Under the pieces are notes generated by a model, which saw only the letters and a program-made list of their open reading frames with translations, did no database searches and had not been told where the DNA came from. A stretch of DNA of 62,158 nucleotides, filler included, from Platydemus manokwari (Eukaryota): the NCBI GenBank assembly GCA_037951405.1. It is 6 parts of 6 records of this genome, joined end to end, with 100 filler letters (N's around TTAATTAATTAA, not from the genome) between each part and the next. Parts side by side here need not be neighbours in the genome. Positions count along the whole stretch, not along the records: positions 1 to 11,599 come from JBBMOY010573329.1; 5 more parts are not named here. One strand, written 5' to 3'. The first letter of the stretch is position 1; every line of letters begins with the position of its first letter. A program made the translations under genes and the position numbers. This document shows positions 1 to 10,105 of this stretch, piece after piece.

Positions 1-804
1 ATTCGATCAATAATGTCATTTATAATCCCTAACTGATTTATAAATAAACAATTTGTTATGATTAAATTAAATGCTACGCAAGCATAGCTTTATCTGGATT
101 AAGATTATAGTTATGTATAAATATTTTTCCCAAATATTATTGACAAATTAATAATAATTGCCTTATTATTTAAAAATACGATAATATTCATTGAACTATA
201 ATACTACATGACAATTATCACTTATACCAAGAAAATATTTGTAAATATTTATCGCATTACTTAGATATTATAAAACAAATACGACAACCAGAATATCATC
301 TAAGAATTGATTCCAAAATTCAAAGAAAAGCAAAGAAATGTATTGATTTCAGTTGTTATTTTAAGAGATTGAATTAGATATGTATATGTTAGTAAACCTT
401 TTTACTAAGAATTTGTGATTAATGTAATTAATTAATTAATTCTGTTTCAATTATTATATCCATTTTTTGTATAGAAGATACTCAACCTAACGATGATTCG
501 CAACAATCAATACATCATATTCTATTTACAACAAATTAAACCCATTTCATACATGCATTTTCTGTACATTAGACTTACATAATCAGTCATGATTCACACA
601 CTCATTCGGATAAATTTAAACATACTTTCTGTAGATTTTAGATAAAAATTTATATAAGCAGATATACAACTTACCAGCAACTGTAAAATACAAATTTATC
701 ACGAAAATGTTTTGATATATATAAAATCTCTTTATTGTGTAATTTCTTTATCGTTCATGTTAATTTTCAATGCTTAATTTCAAAATAAATAATTTATTGA
801 CTAC

Positions 805-2269
805 CTTTCATATCTTTAGCGATAGATTGAAATTTATTTACCACGTTGTTATCAATTTGGTATGTTTCTGCATGTTCAATCTTAGATTCCGGTTCATTTA
901 ATTTTACACATCTTTGATCATCACCACTTTCATAAGAACTTAATAAAATTGATAATCACTTAATCTTTTCTTTAATCATTTACCTATACCTATTATCATC
1001 ACTGTCTCTAGATTTTTTATTTGGTTTTCTCTTTTTATTCTTTTTCTTAGATTTTTTCCTGTGTTTTTTATTAATAATTTTTTCTAATTTATTTGACATT
1101 TCGTTTGATGAAGCTGAGGATTCACTGGGTGATATTGAGTACGCATGAACTATATTGGGAGAAATTATATCTAGTAAAATTTGTGAATTAGTTTCTATAA
1201 TTTTTGGTTGCAGGTCATTCTTAGTTGAATCGATCGTTTCATTAATTAAAACTTCTTGAATAGAATGAGAACGTTTTAAGTCACGCCTTTCTGAAGACAA
1301 GCTCTTGGATCTGTTCATTCTATACTTGTGGACAGAGTCGTGCCCAATATCTTTGTTTGACGAAGTTTTATCTCTAGATTTTCTAGAAGAGTAGGAACTG
1401 TATGACCTTCTTCGACTGATATATCAAACATAAATTTATATTATATATGTACATAAACGAAACCTTTTAGATGAATATGATCGTGATCTTGATCTACTTC
1501 TAGACCCGCTTCTTGAATAGGATCTTGAATTTGAACGGGATCTATCTCTTCTTATTCTCCCTTGATGAGCTGGACTTAGTCTTGCTCTTCGCCAGCACCC
1601 CGTATTACGTGTATTAAACATTCGTCTTTGGAAATCTCTTTGACGACTGAAACTTCCTACTCCACGAAGTCCTCTGTTTCTAATATATCTACTGGGCCAC
1701 ATATAAACCCCATTGCGATTATATGCACTCTGACTTCTATTTAAGACATTCCATTCAACTGGACTACGTGAATCATTATTTCTTGTTGCTCGTTCTTCTT
1801 CAATCACTAGATTACTTTAATTCAATAACTAAAATGTTAAATAACTACATTGTTTTCTAGCCTTACGTAGATCTTTAAACCAAGAAACTTCGATATTGTG
1901 ACCAAGAATTTCCTTGTTATCAAAACTTAGCGAACGATGTGTCATTAAATAAACTTAAATAAAAATTTACTTCTCAATAACATCAACAGCTTTCTCATGT
2001 GATTCAAATCGTAAAGCAATAAACAGTTTTTTTCTGTCTTCCGAATAACTGAAGAAATCTATTTTGCAATTTTCTTTTGTCTCATTTTTGAAAAATGATC
2101 TTGAATTTTAAAAAGTAAATTTTGATGTCTACAAAAAATAAGTTTACCGCACATTTTCCATTGACATATTACTAGGGAAGCCCCTAATAAACACAGAATG
2201 TCGGCTAGGAGTCACCATTTTCGGGTCAACTCTATCGCTTGAACCATTTCCATTTTTAAATGTATTCAT
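805..2269 (-). CDS. RRM- and RS-domain (SR-like) RNA-binding protein, multi-exon; 3' end uncertain
   Basis: Manually spliced exons 2269-2148, 2099-1971, 1925-1849, 1806-1464, 1415-984 and 938-805, joined by phase-consistent GT-AG introns of ~42-48 nt. Protein: MNTFKNG...HSVFIRGFPSNMS (RNP2-like)...LFIALRFESHEKA (RNP1-like)...GHNIEVSWFKD, then RSRSNSRSYSRSGSRSRSRSRS and a Lys-rich basic tract. Confidence 0.8.
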
Positions 2270-2619
2270 AATTAATTTGAAAATTTTAATCAATTCATTG
2301 AAAATCGTTTGATAATAAATATTATTTTCATAAATTTGGAAATAAATATAAATATTAAAATTAATTTTTCCTTTTATAGCTTATTTTTGGTTTTTGTTGT
2401 TGACCAGTTAGCTTTATTTATTTCATTAATTCTCACTGGACTTCAATTAATCTAAAGGTTTTTTAAAGTCAAGTTGATGTCATTCTTATTTAAAATTTGA
2501 TATTAATTATTAATTAATGGTATTAATAAAAAAGGCTGAGTGAACTCTAGCTGTATTCTGAATAAAAATACATATTAGTAACCGTTATAATATACTATGA
2601 TATTGCTATTTCATTCTAT

Positions 2620-3223
2620 TGTTGATTACGTCACAAAATCACCCAAAATGTTTATAGAAATCAGGGAAATAACCCTCAAAGTGCTGGCACCCACTGATTC
2701 CATAAATTCACGAGCCAACAGCCAATCAGATTCCTTTTCATATTAATCCACATTTAGAAGTTAATAATCGATTGGCACATACCAACGATTGACAGCAAAT
2801 TCAGATATTCGTCAATTGCTCAAGATTTACAAGGAAAATTACTAGCATATTCATTTTCGAACGAATTCAGTAAATGAAAAACAAAGTTCCCTGACATCAA
2901 GCAGACGGACTCCATCAGTAACGCTGAGTCTTGTTTGATCGGCAATCTGTACTCTATTCTTGATTTTCAAGTGATTTTCACCAACCAGTCTTTTGGTCGT
3001 TTTCTGTTCTGTTTTGAATTTCGGCTGCTGATCCAGCTTTGTACATTTATTTGTTATTGGCTCGTTACACGATTTTAACTGTATTTGTTCATAATCAAGC
3101 TTGTGATGTTGTATTTTTAATATAATTTTAAGGTTTTATCTGTAATTGTTACCCTAAAATATTAAATCAATTAAAAATAACGTTGTCAATTGCAAGATTT
3201 ATTTGTAGAAACAAAGTCTAACA
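2620..3223 (+). mobile_element. LTR (family A), probably a 5' LTR followed by a PBS-like TGG sequence
   Basis: TGTTG...AACA termini, followed by gTGGCTG. Aligns by eye with 15210-15791 (ccaatcagattc, gacatcaagcagac, gtcttgtttg, agcttgtgat blocks). Confidence 0.6.
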
Positions 3224-3435
3224 GTGGCTGAAAAGAACAAAACTTTAAACACAACATCCAGAGTGCCACGAAACTGAGTTGCTGGTAGCCGATATAGAAG
3301 AGGGTTGATTTGAAAGTAATTGATATTTTACGACCGAATATATTTACCTAATATTAATTATGTGAATCACCAAATTAATAGATTATGATTGTGAAATTTT
3401 AGACGAATAAAATATTTAAATCAATAATCAACCAA

Positions 3436-3890
3436 CCTTACTTCGCGCCAAATGATTCAAAGAAACGTCTCTTCAGAAATAATTTCCGTCTTCAAAAATA
3501 TATTTCGATCCCAGCGAAAATATTCCCTTCTCCTATAGAAAGCCTGTTTCGAGAATGTATAACAATTCCAAATATAAAATCACGTCCTCGTATTAATTAT
3601 GAATGATCAATAATCTTGATGCGCTACCTTGTCACAATTCTCGTGTCAACTAAAATCTCTGTTCACTTCAATTAAAGAAAGTGATCGCTTAAGGTAGTGT
3701 GTGTTGGTTGTTTTCTGATCGTCTATTTATAGTAACCTGATTAGTGTATGGTCTTTAATGTCATCCATTCTCCAAATGCCTTTTATTGTAACTCTGCATA
3801 TTCATTAACTTTTAATTATTACTTTTTTCTCCATCTTATTACTATTTATTATTTATTTTACTTATAAATCCTGTAGAACTTTTCGTCAGC
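3436..3890 (-). mobile_element. Putative minus-strand 5' LTR with PBS-like sequence
   Basis: On the minus strand: TATAAATAG at ~3731-3723, LTR-like end ...GAATCA at 3453, then ttTGGCGCGAAGTAAGG. The upstream boundary is not defined. Confidence 0.35.
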
Positions 3891-3902
3891 CTCTTTTCAT
3901 TT

Positions 3903-5052
3903 TATCAATAACTGCCGAAACGCACCAATGAGTTAGCGGTGATGTATCAAGGGAAAATGGTATACATGCTGCCTGTTACAAGAATATTGACAGATGGGAA
4001 ATACAAACCCTAGGAAATCGATACGTGCTCTAACGCACTCTAGCCAATGTACGAAATTGGGAAAGATCAGTGGATAACGACACCAAATAGACGACTATCT
4101 GCAACGCCCAAGAAATTAAAATTATATGGGACATCAAGGAGAATAGAATTTCAAACAATAGCAAATATGGAAAAAAGCGGTCTATATTCACCACAAGATA
4201 TTGAACGGGCAAGAAAAGAATACAATTATGAGGCGATACTAAGTGTAGACCATTATAGGAAATCAGCAATGAATATACTGCAAGGGTTATGGGGACGATT
4301 CCAGGCCATAGGGAATTTCTTCTCATTCTTCTTAGGCATTTATTATGTGACAATGATGACCAAGATACTATTCTCCCAACTACTGTTCCATAAACAATTA
4401 GAAATTGTACACAAAGAGTTGGAAGACGGCTGCATGCCTCTGTCGAGTGTTGGCCAAACACTTAGCATGGAAAGAAATTCAAAGAAAAGTGACCGCAACA
4501 TAAGAAAGGCGCAAAGCAGGAATGCCAGATGCATATGTAATCCAACACCACCAATGTAATTGTTGTTGCCAACCGAAGCTACACGAAAATACACATTATA
4601 CAGGCAACTCACAGGAAGTCGCAGTAGACAGTGTAGAATAGACGATACACATAATCAAATCGGAAGTACCATTTGAGGAGTATAAAGCCAATCAGCTTAT
4701 TCACATAGAGCAATTAAACCCCCGAATTAAGCAAATGGAATGGGAACAAGGGAGAGCTAAAATGCAATCATTTACAAAGAAATACCAATATCTAAAAGAG
4801 CTTCACAGAAAACCGAAATGAGTCGAAAAAAAGGAATTGGAAAGTAATAGTGACAGTGACATTAAAATGGACGACACGAGAAAAATATATATACCATATA
4901 AGCAAGAAAATAAGCAAATGAGACAGCTCAAAGAGGAATTCGATTTGCCAAAACCATACACGAAAATTCAAAACAGAATAAATACCATACAAATTCAAAT
5001 TGTATTCACTCGTAACGATAAACGAAGAAAGGCTCGCACCAGAGCAGAATAA
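3903..5052 (+). pseudogene. C-terminal part of a chuvirus-glycoprotein/herpes gB-type (class III fusogen-like) env, with a long tail
   Basis: Frame-3 translation KRTNELAVMYQGKMVYMLPVTRILTD..EIDTCSNAL*PMYEIG..W..P..IEFQTIANMEKSGLYSPQDIERAR...LWGRFQAIGNFFSFFLGIYYVTMMTKILFSQLL follows the chuviral-G pattern CxxELPV..FLxPxTRIL..CxxLxPxMY..SGIY..WxxFxxFG-TM. After a frameshift near 4420 the tail runs with stops to 5052. Confidence 0.7.
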
Positions 5053-5065
5053 GAGGTTACAGTAT

Positions 5066-5760
5066 TCCTATCCGAAAAAGGTGCAAGATAATAAAACTTT
5101 ACCAGCACCTAAAACAATAAATGAAGCTAAAATATTCCTGGGTATGCTAGGATATTACAGACTATTTCAGTAAAACTACGCTAAAATAGCTGCACCGATC
5201 TACGACGCAATGAAAAAAGGCATGAAAACATGGAAAGAGAAAGGCGGAGAACGCAAAAAAGAAGGTGATGAGAGAGTTGGCAAAGGAACCAAAGCAGAAA
5301 CCCAATTGCCACTGAAGTGGGGAGACTCCCAACAAAAAGCATTTGAGTCATTAAAAGAGAATTTGATGAAGGGACCGATACTAAGATACCCAGGCATGAA
5401 ATAAACATTTATAGTGATGACCGACGCCATTGGAGGAGCGCTCGGAGCTGTAATGGCACAGCAAGACGAAGGTGAGAAAGATTGCGTAGTTGCATATGCC
5501 AGCAGAGTGTTAAAGAAAGCAGAGAAAAATTACTCAACCTTCGAAAGAGAATATTTAGCAATATTTTGGATTGTAAAAAAATTCAGGCAGTGTCTATTAG
5601 GAACGAAATTTCTAGTGCTCACCGTTAGAACGGGCACAGAAAAGCAACAATTTGTCAGGAAGAGCAACCAGATGGCAAATATTGTTACAAGATTACAATT
5701 TTACAATCAAACATAGATCAGGAAGATCTAATGCTAATGCCGATGCATTATCAAGATGGC
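5066..5760 (+). pseudogene. Gypsy pol: RT C-terminus/connection and RNase H
   Basis: PAPKTINEAKIFLGMLGYYR; LKWGDSQQKAFESLKENLMKGPILRYP; TDAIGGALGAVMAQ..VVAYASRVLKKAEKNYSTFEREYLAI; RWQILLQDYNFTIKHRSGRSNANADALSR. Confidence 0.95.
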
Positions 5761-6730
5761 CAGGACAAACCGATAACAATCAAATATTCGAAGTGAATGC
5801 AGTAGAGGTAATTGCCGAAATGTGCTCAGCCGCACTAGAAAAAGCTAATTTAAAAGAATATCAGAAGTTAGACGCTGAGATCAAATGGATGATAGAAGTA
5901 TTGAAACAAGAATCACCAAAAGCCCAAATAACCAACGAGCAGGGTAATGTTTTGAAATTAGATAAAATCACCCTGATGAACTACAAAATAAACAAAAGAA
6001 GGATTATTGATCAGAAAAAGAGATGATGGCCGTGAATTGATAGTAATGCCTAAGAAATATAGAGAACAAATTTTATACCAATACCACGATGGTGCTCTAG
6101 GAGGAGATCTGTCTAAGAGAAAAACAACGTATCCAACAGAAATATGATTGGCTAACTTTAACAGAGGATGTTAAAAACTAGAGCGAAAAGTGTACTATAT
6201 GCGCTATCAGAAAGAGCACAGGTCTTAGAACAAAAGTACCTTTAAAACCAATCGAGAAATCAAAAAGCAGAAACCGTTGCCAAATTATTTATTGAAAAAA
6301 TATTATTCAGATACGAGACGCCAGAGAAAATGCTCACAGACAGAGGAACCAACTTTCTCATTGAATTTATGCAAGAGTTAACGAGAATATTTAACATCGA
6401 GAAGTTGTGTACGACAGCATATCATTCACAAACCGATGGCCTAGTAGAGAGATTTAACAAAACTTATCAGTAGTTATTATCAGTAGTCTTAAACAAAAGC
6501 CAGAATGACTGGAAAGACTATATGAAGATATGCCTTTGGATATACAATAATGCTATCAATGATATAACAGGATACGAACCATATTTCCTCATGTATTGAA
6601 GAAGAGGAATAATGTTGGAAGACTTGAAATTCAGCCAGCCAAATGATGCGGCATATAAAGAAGACCCCACATAAGTTGATAAAATGAAAGGCAAAATTAT
6701 GGAAATATCGCTGGGGAAATGGACGCAAAA
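5761..6730 (+). pseudogene. Gypsy integrase (HHCC zinc domain and partly deleted DDE core)
   Basis: LIVMPKKYREQILYQYHDGALGG; CTICA; FRYETPEKMLTDRGTNF; TTAYHSQTDGLVERFNKT; TGYEPYFLMY. Confidence 0.9.
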
Positions 6731-6903
6731 TAGAAAAATTTGTATCCTATGGACGAATGGTGGTCCAAACTTATAGAATACACGGAAACCCCTAAAACGT
6801 TTTATTCGTAATATCGACAAGTCATAGCGCAATCTTAGATAGCATAGATTCACCACTGAAAGCTACAAGTTCAGACGATGGACAGGATAAGACTGAATCA
6901 AGA

Positions 6904-7824
6904 GTGGAATATGGGAAACAGGATAACAAATGCGGAAGCAGAGCCGCGGGAAAGTGGTCATTGTTTTTTACATGCTTTAAAAAGATCAGCGGGTTAAGAG
7001 CCAAAACGATATATACTTTAATAATGCACAGTAAATTAAAAGCAATTACAGTAAAATTAACGATATCAGATATACCAAAGGATGCCATATGAATAAGCGC
7101 AACCATCCATCATGTAATGATCACGTGGAGAGGAAGGATATCAACCGCCATACAAGCCATAATAACTATCAAAAAGCTCGATCAAATAATCACCACGGCA
7201 GACAGTGATGGGAACATACTCATCGAATGGGAAGGCGAAAAACTAATGCATCTCAAGATAAGTTATTTTAAATACGGTCGATTGGACGAGGTGCACTCAG
7301 AGAGTGTCACGATATATCAGCCAATGAATAAGCTCACTACATCGTCAAGAACCGAGATAGCCTCAACTGTTAATCAGACTACAAAGAGAAAACGAGCGAC
7401 AACAAAAGTAAACATAACTTCACCAATTGTAAATGCTTCAAAAGGGAATACAACTTCAATAATAATAAATGCCTCTTTAACCACCACTACTGATAGAAAT
7501 AATGAAATAATAAAATATTAAGTACCAGAATCAATATGGATAGAGAATCCGGACCAAAGAGATACTATAATCAATTGACATAAGTTGCATGAGAATGAGA
7601 GTATAGAAGAGACGACAAAAACTCATGCACAAAAACATGTAGAAAAAATAAGAAAACCTATATGACCTTATTATGTTATTTCAATGTCAGTAGCACCGAT
7701 AGCGGTGCTAGCTATTGCAACAGCATACGGAGTATACCATCATTACAAGGAAAGAACTATATTATTCAGATCTCAAATGTATCGATATCAGCCAGGTCGA
7801 TACACGTTAAGCACATCCGTATGA
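6904..7824 (+). pseudogene. Accessory type I membrane glycoprotein (beta-rich head, Thr-rich mucin-like stalk, TM, short tail) with 4 premature stops
   Basis: A single frame-1 reading links ORFs 6904-7092 and 7117-7521 and continues to TM YYVISMSVAPIAVLAIATAYGVY (~7669-7737) and tail HHYKERTILFRSQMYRYQPGRYTLSTSV*. N-glycosylation sequons NQT, NIT, NAS, NTT, NAS, NES. Confidence 0.6.
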
Positions 7825-8011
7825 CAATTACAGACAATAGTAGACGATTATTGGCGATCGATCTATTTGTCAAAAATTAAGCCAACCCTTAATATTAGTA
7901 ATAAATCTTTTAATAAGTTAATTAATAATAAAAATAAATGTATGAATGATTTGAAAATGCATGAGTTGGGGGTATTATTATTTATAAATCTTTTCTTAAT
8001 ATTTATATAGG

Positions 8012-9976
8012 ATGATGCCATGTATGAATGCTATTCACTAAAAATTGGGTCATTTACACAATTCAGCCATCAATATGACGTATGAACACGAAACACTGAG
8101 ATGGCAAAGCAATTTCTATCGAACCCTCCAAAGATCCGTCACAGCCGATAGCTTAGGACTGGCCTATCGGTATTATGCTGACGAGACAATCATCCCTAAC
8201 AAACTGAAAACCAATGAAGAAGAACGCATCATTCTTATTATAAAGATTACTGCACCAAGACGATATAATTTGAGTAGTATTTTTCCAATTATTCCCCAGG
8301 CCAATGGACAAGATGACAGAACTGTCACAATAGTGTATACGAATGAAAAATCAAAGTTTATGTTAAAGCAGGTGTTCGAAGAGACCGATTTTGAGTATGA
8401 ACAAATTATTATCCACGCCTGTACAACAGCAATTGAGATGAAGTGGAAGAATGAGAAGATAGAAATAGAACCATTTTCATCGGTTCACATATACTTAGAA
8501 GATGTAGAATATACAAGAACAAACTACAATCAAGTTAGAATTACGCTCACAGATTTGCCAACCATTATGATGATCTAGCAAATAAACAAGAATAGAAAGT
8601 CGTTAATGGAGTTTAGAACCCCAATAGTGTTTATCATTTCAATATGGTAAAAAAGGATTGGCATTCTGCAAGCAACCTCTGAGTAAATAGGAGGAGAAAC
8701 ATTATATCGTTTTCATGGATGCGAAGCTGGTTATTTATTACAATGGACGAAAACATCCAGTATGGGTATCGTTAAGAAAGTTTGACGGCCAAGTGATTTT
8801 GGAGAAAGAATCAGAAATCCCGCATTACAACTGCAATAAGAGTGGTTTAAGTGATGTCAATCTACGACACGCTTACGATGAAGAGGATGTTAAGGGATAA
8901 TTTAACCATTATTTGATGGGCAAAATAATGATTGGATTTGATCTGAAAGACAAAATTTCAGCGTTGGATATTATACCACAAGAATTAATGGGCATAAGAG
9001 ACCTAAAAGGATCAGAAACAATTGAGAGAATCACGGCAGACCAACAATTGGCAATGGATTTTAAAAGTATGTACTATAAATTATTTAATGAGAGATTTGG
9101 AGAGCATGAAAAGAGAAGTGAAATAATAGCCAACATTCGAATTTATGACTTAGTTAAAAATTTGTGGATTGGTAATAACGGAGACTGTGAGGAACAGCGA
9201 CTCACAAAAAGGAAAGAGAAAATGGATTTACAGGCACCACAATATTAATCTGGTCAGATCCAATGAAATTAGAAGAGGGGATACTAATTAAAGAAGGAGA
9301 AAACTCATAGATAATTCAGTCCATGGAGCAAAAAATCTTTGCGGAAAAGAGAGAAAAATTCTGGAAAAAGTATGTAAAGACAGTATACGAGAAAATGGGT
9401 CCGTTTGGCGAGAAACAAGTGCAACATGAAGTAAGTCAGACCACTCAGGAAGATATCCAGAATAGGAAAAATCAAATGTTCAAAAACATATTAGAGGCAA
9501 ATGAAACTCTAAATGAATTAATAATGGCTGAGAATGATGAAGTAGAACTGGAGCAAGAGATTTTTGATTCAATAGAAGATATTGAACAAAAAATCAACGA
9601 GATGTTGAAGCAAGAAAGGAAATGGTCAGGGGACTATTTGGAGCAGACGTTGGAAGAGAACAGGCAGAAGATCATAAAGATATCAAAGTTAAACCCAAAT
9701 GCGCTAGTGTTTATTCCAAAACCAGCAGCTATATGGGAAAGTGACATGGACAAGCCTGGTTACGAGCAGAATTTTATTGATATCGATCAATTAGACCCGT
9801 ACAACGAAAGTCTGATTAGAAATAGAAAAAGATCAGCAAGCTCGAAAATCATTGAGTCCCAGCCAGCAGAAAAGAAAGCCAAGACGCGTAGTTATAGACT
9901 GATAATCAAGAGAGTTGATTTGAATTTAAATCTGATCAGCTTTAAAGAACTCACTAGTTTTGGGAATACTAACTAA
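8012..9976 (+). pseudogene. Large accessory ORF X of unknown function (fragments 8045-8578, 8715-8900, 8913-9248, 9323-9976), with an acidic coiled-coil and a basic NLS-like C-terminus
   Basis: Four consecutive same-strand ORFs with the element's base composition, lying between an acceptor-like ttttcttaatatttatatag|G (8010) and the LTR. C-terminus RNRKRSAS..EKKAKTRS. Confidence 0.55.
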
Positions 9977-10105
9977 TAAGACCAAAACCCAACATAAAAT
10001 TTCGAATTTTATTTGTTTTATTTTTTTTCTGTCTATGTAAAAAATGTTGGGTTTTGAGAAAAAGAGATTATTTTGCATGCATATTTTAAGTGTATAAAAG
10101 TAGTC

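Noticed and set aside
2880-2945. Hammerhead ribozyme-like CTGATGGAGTCC on the minus strand
   Set aside because: The core is CTGATGG rather than CTGANGA, and there is no closing stem II plus GAAA.
2620-3223. As the 5' LTR of the env-bearing element
   Set aside because: No visible similarity to the 10106-11206 LTR; it matches 15210-15791 instead.
4030-4612. Antisense ORFs over the env region, and the many 60-100 aa hydrophobic ORFs elsewhere in the track
   Set aside because: They are shadows of purine-rich coding strands or chance ORFs in AT-rich DNA, with no motifs.
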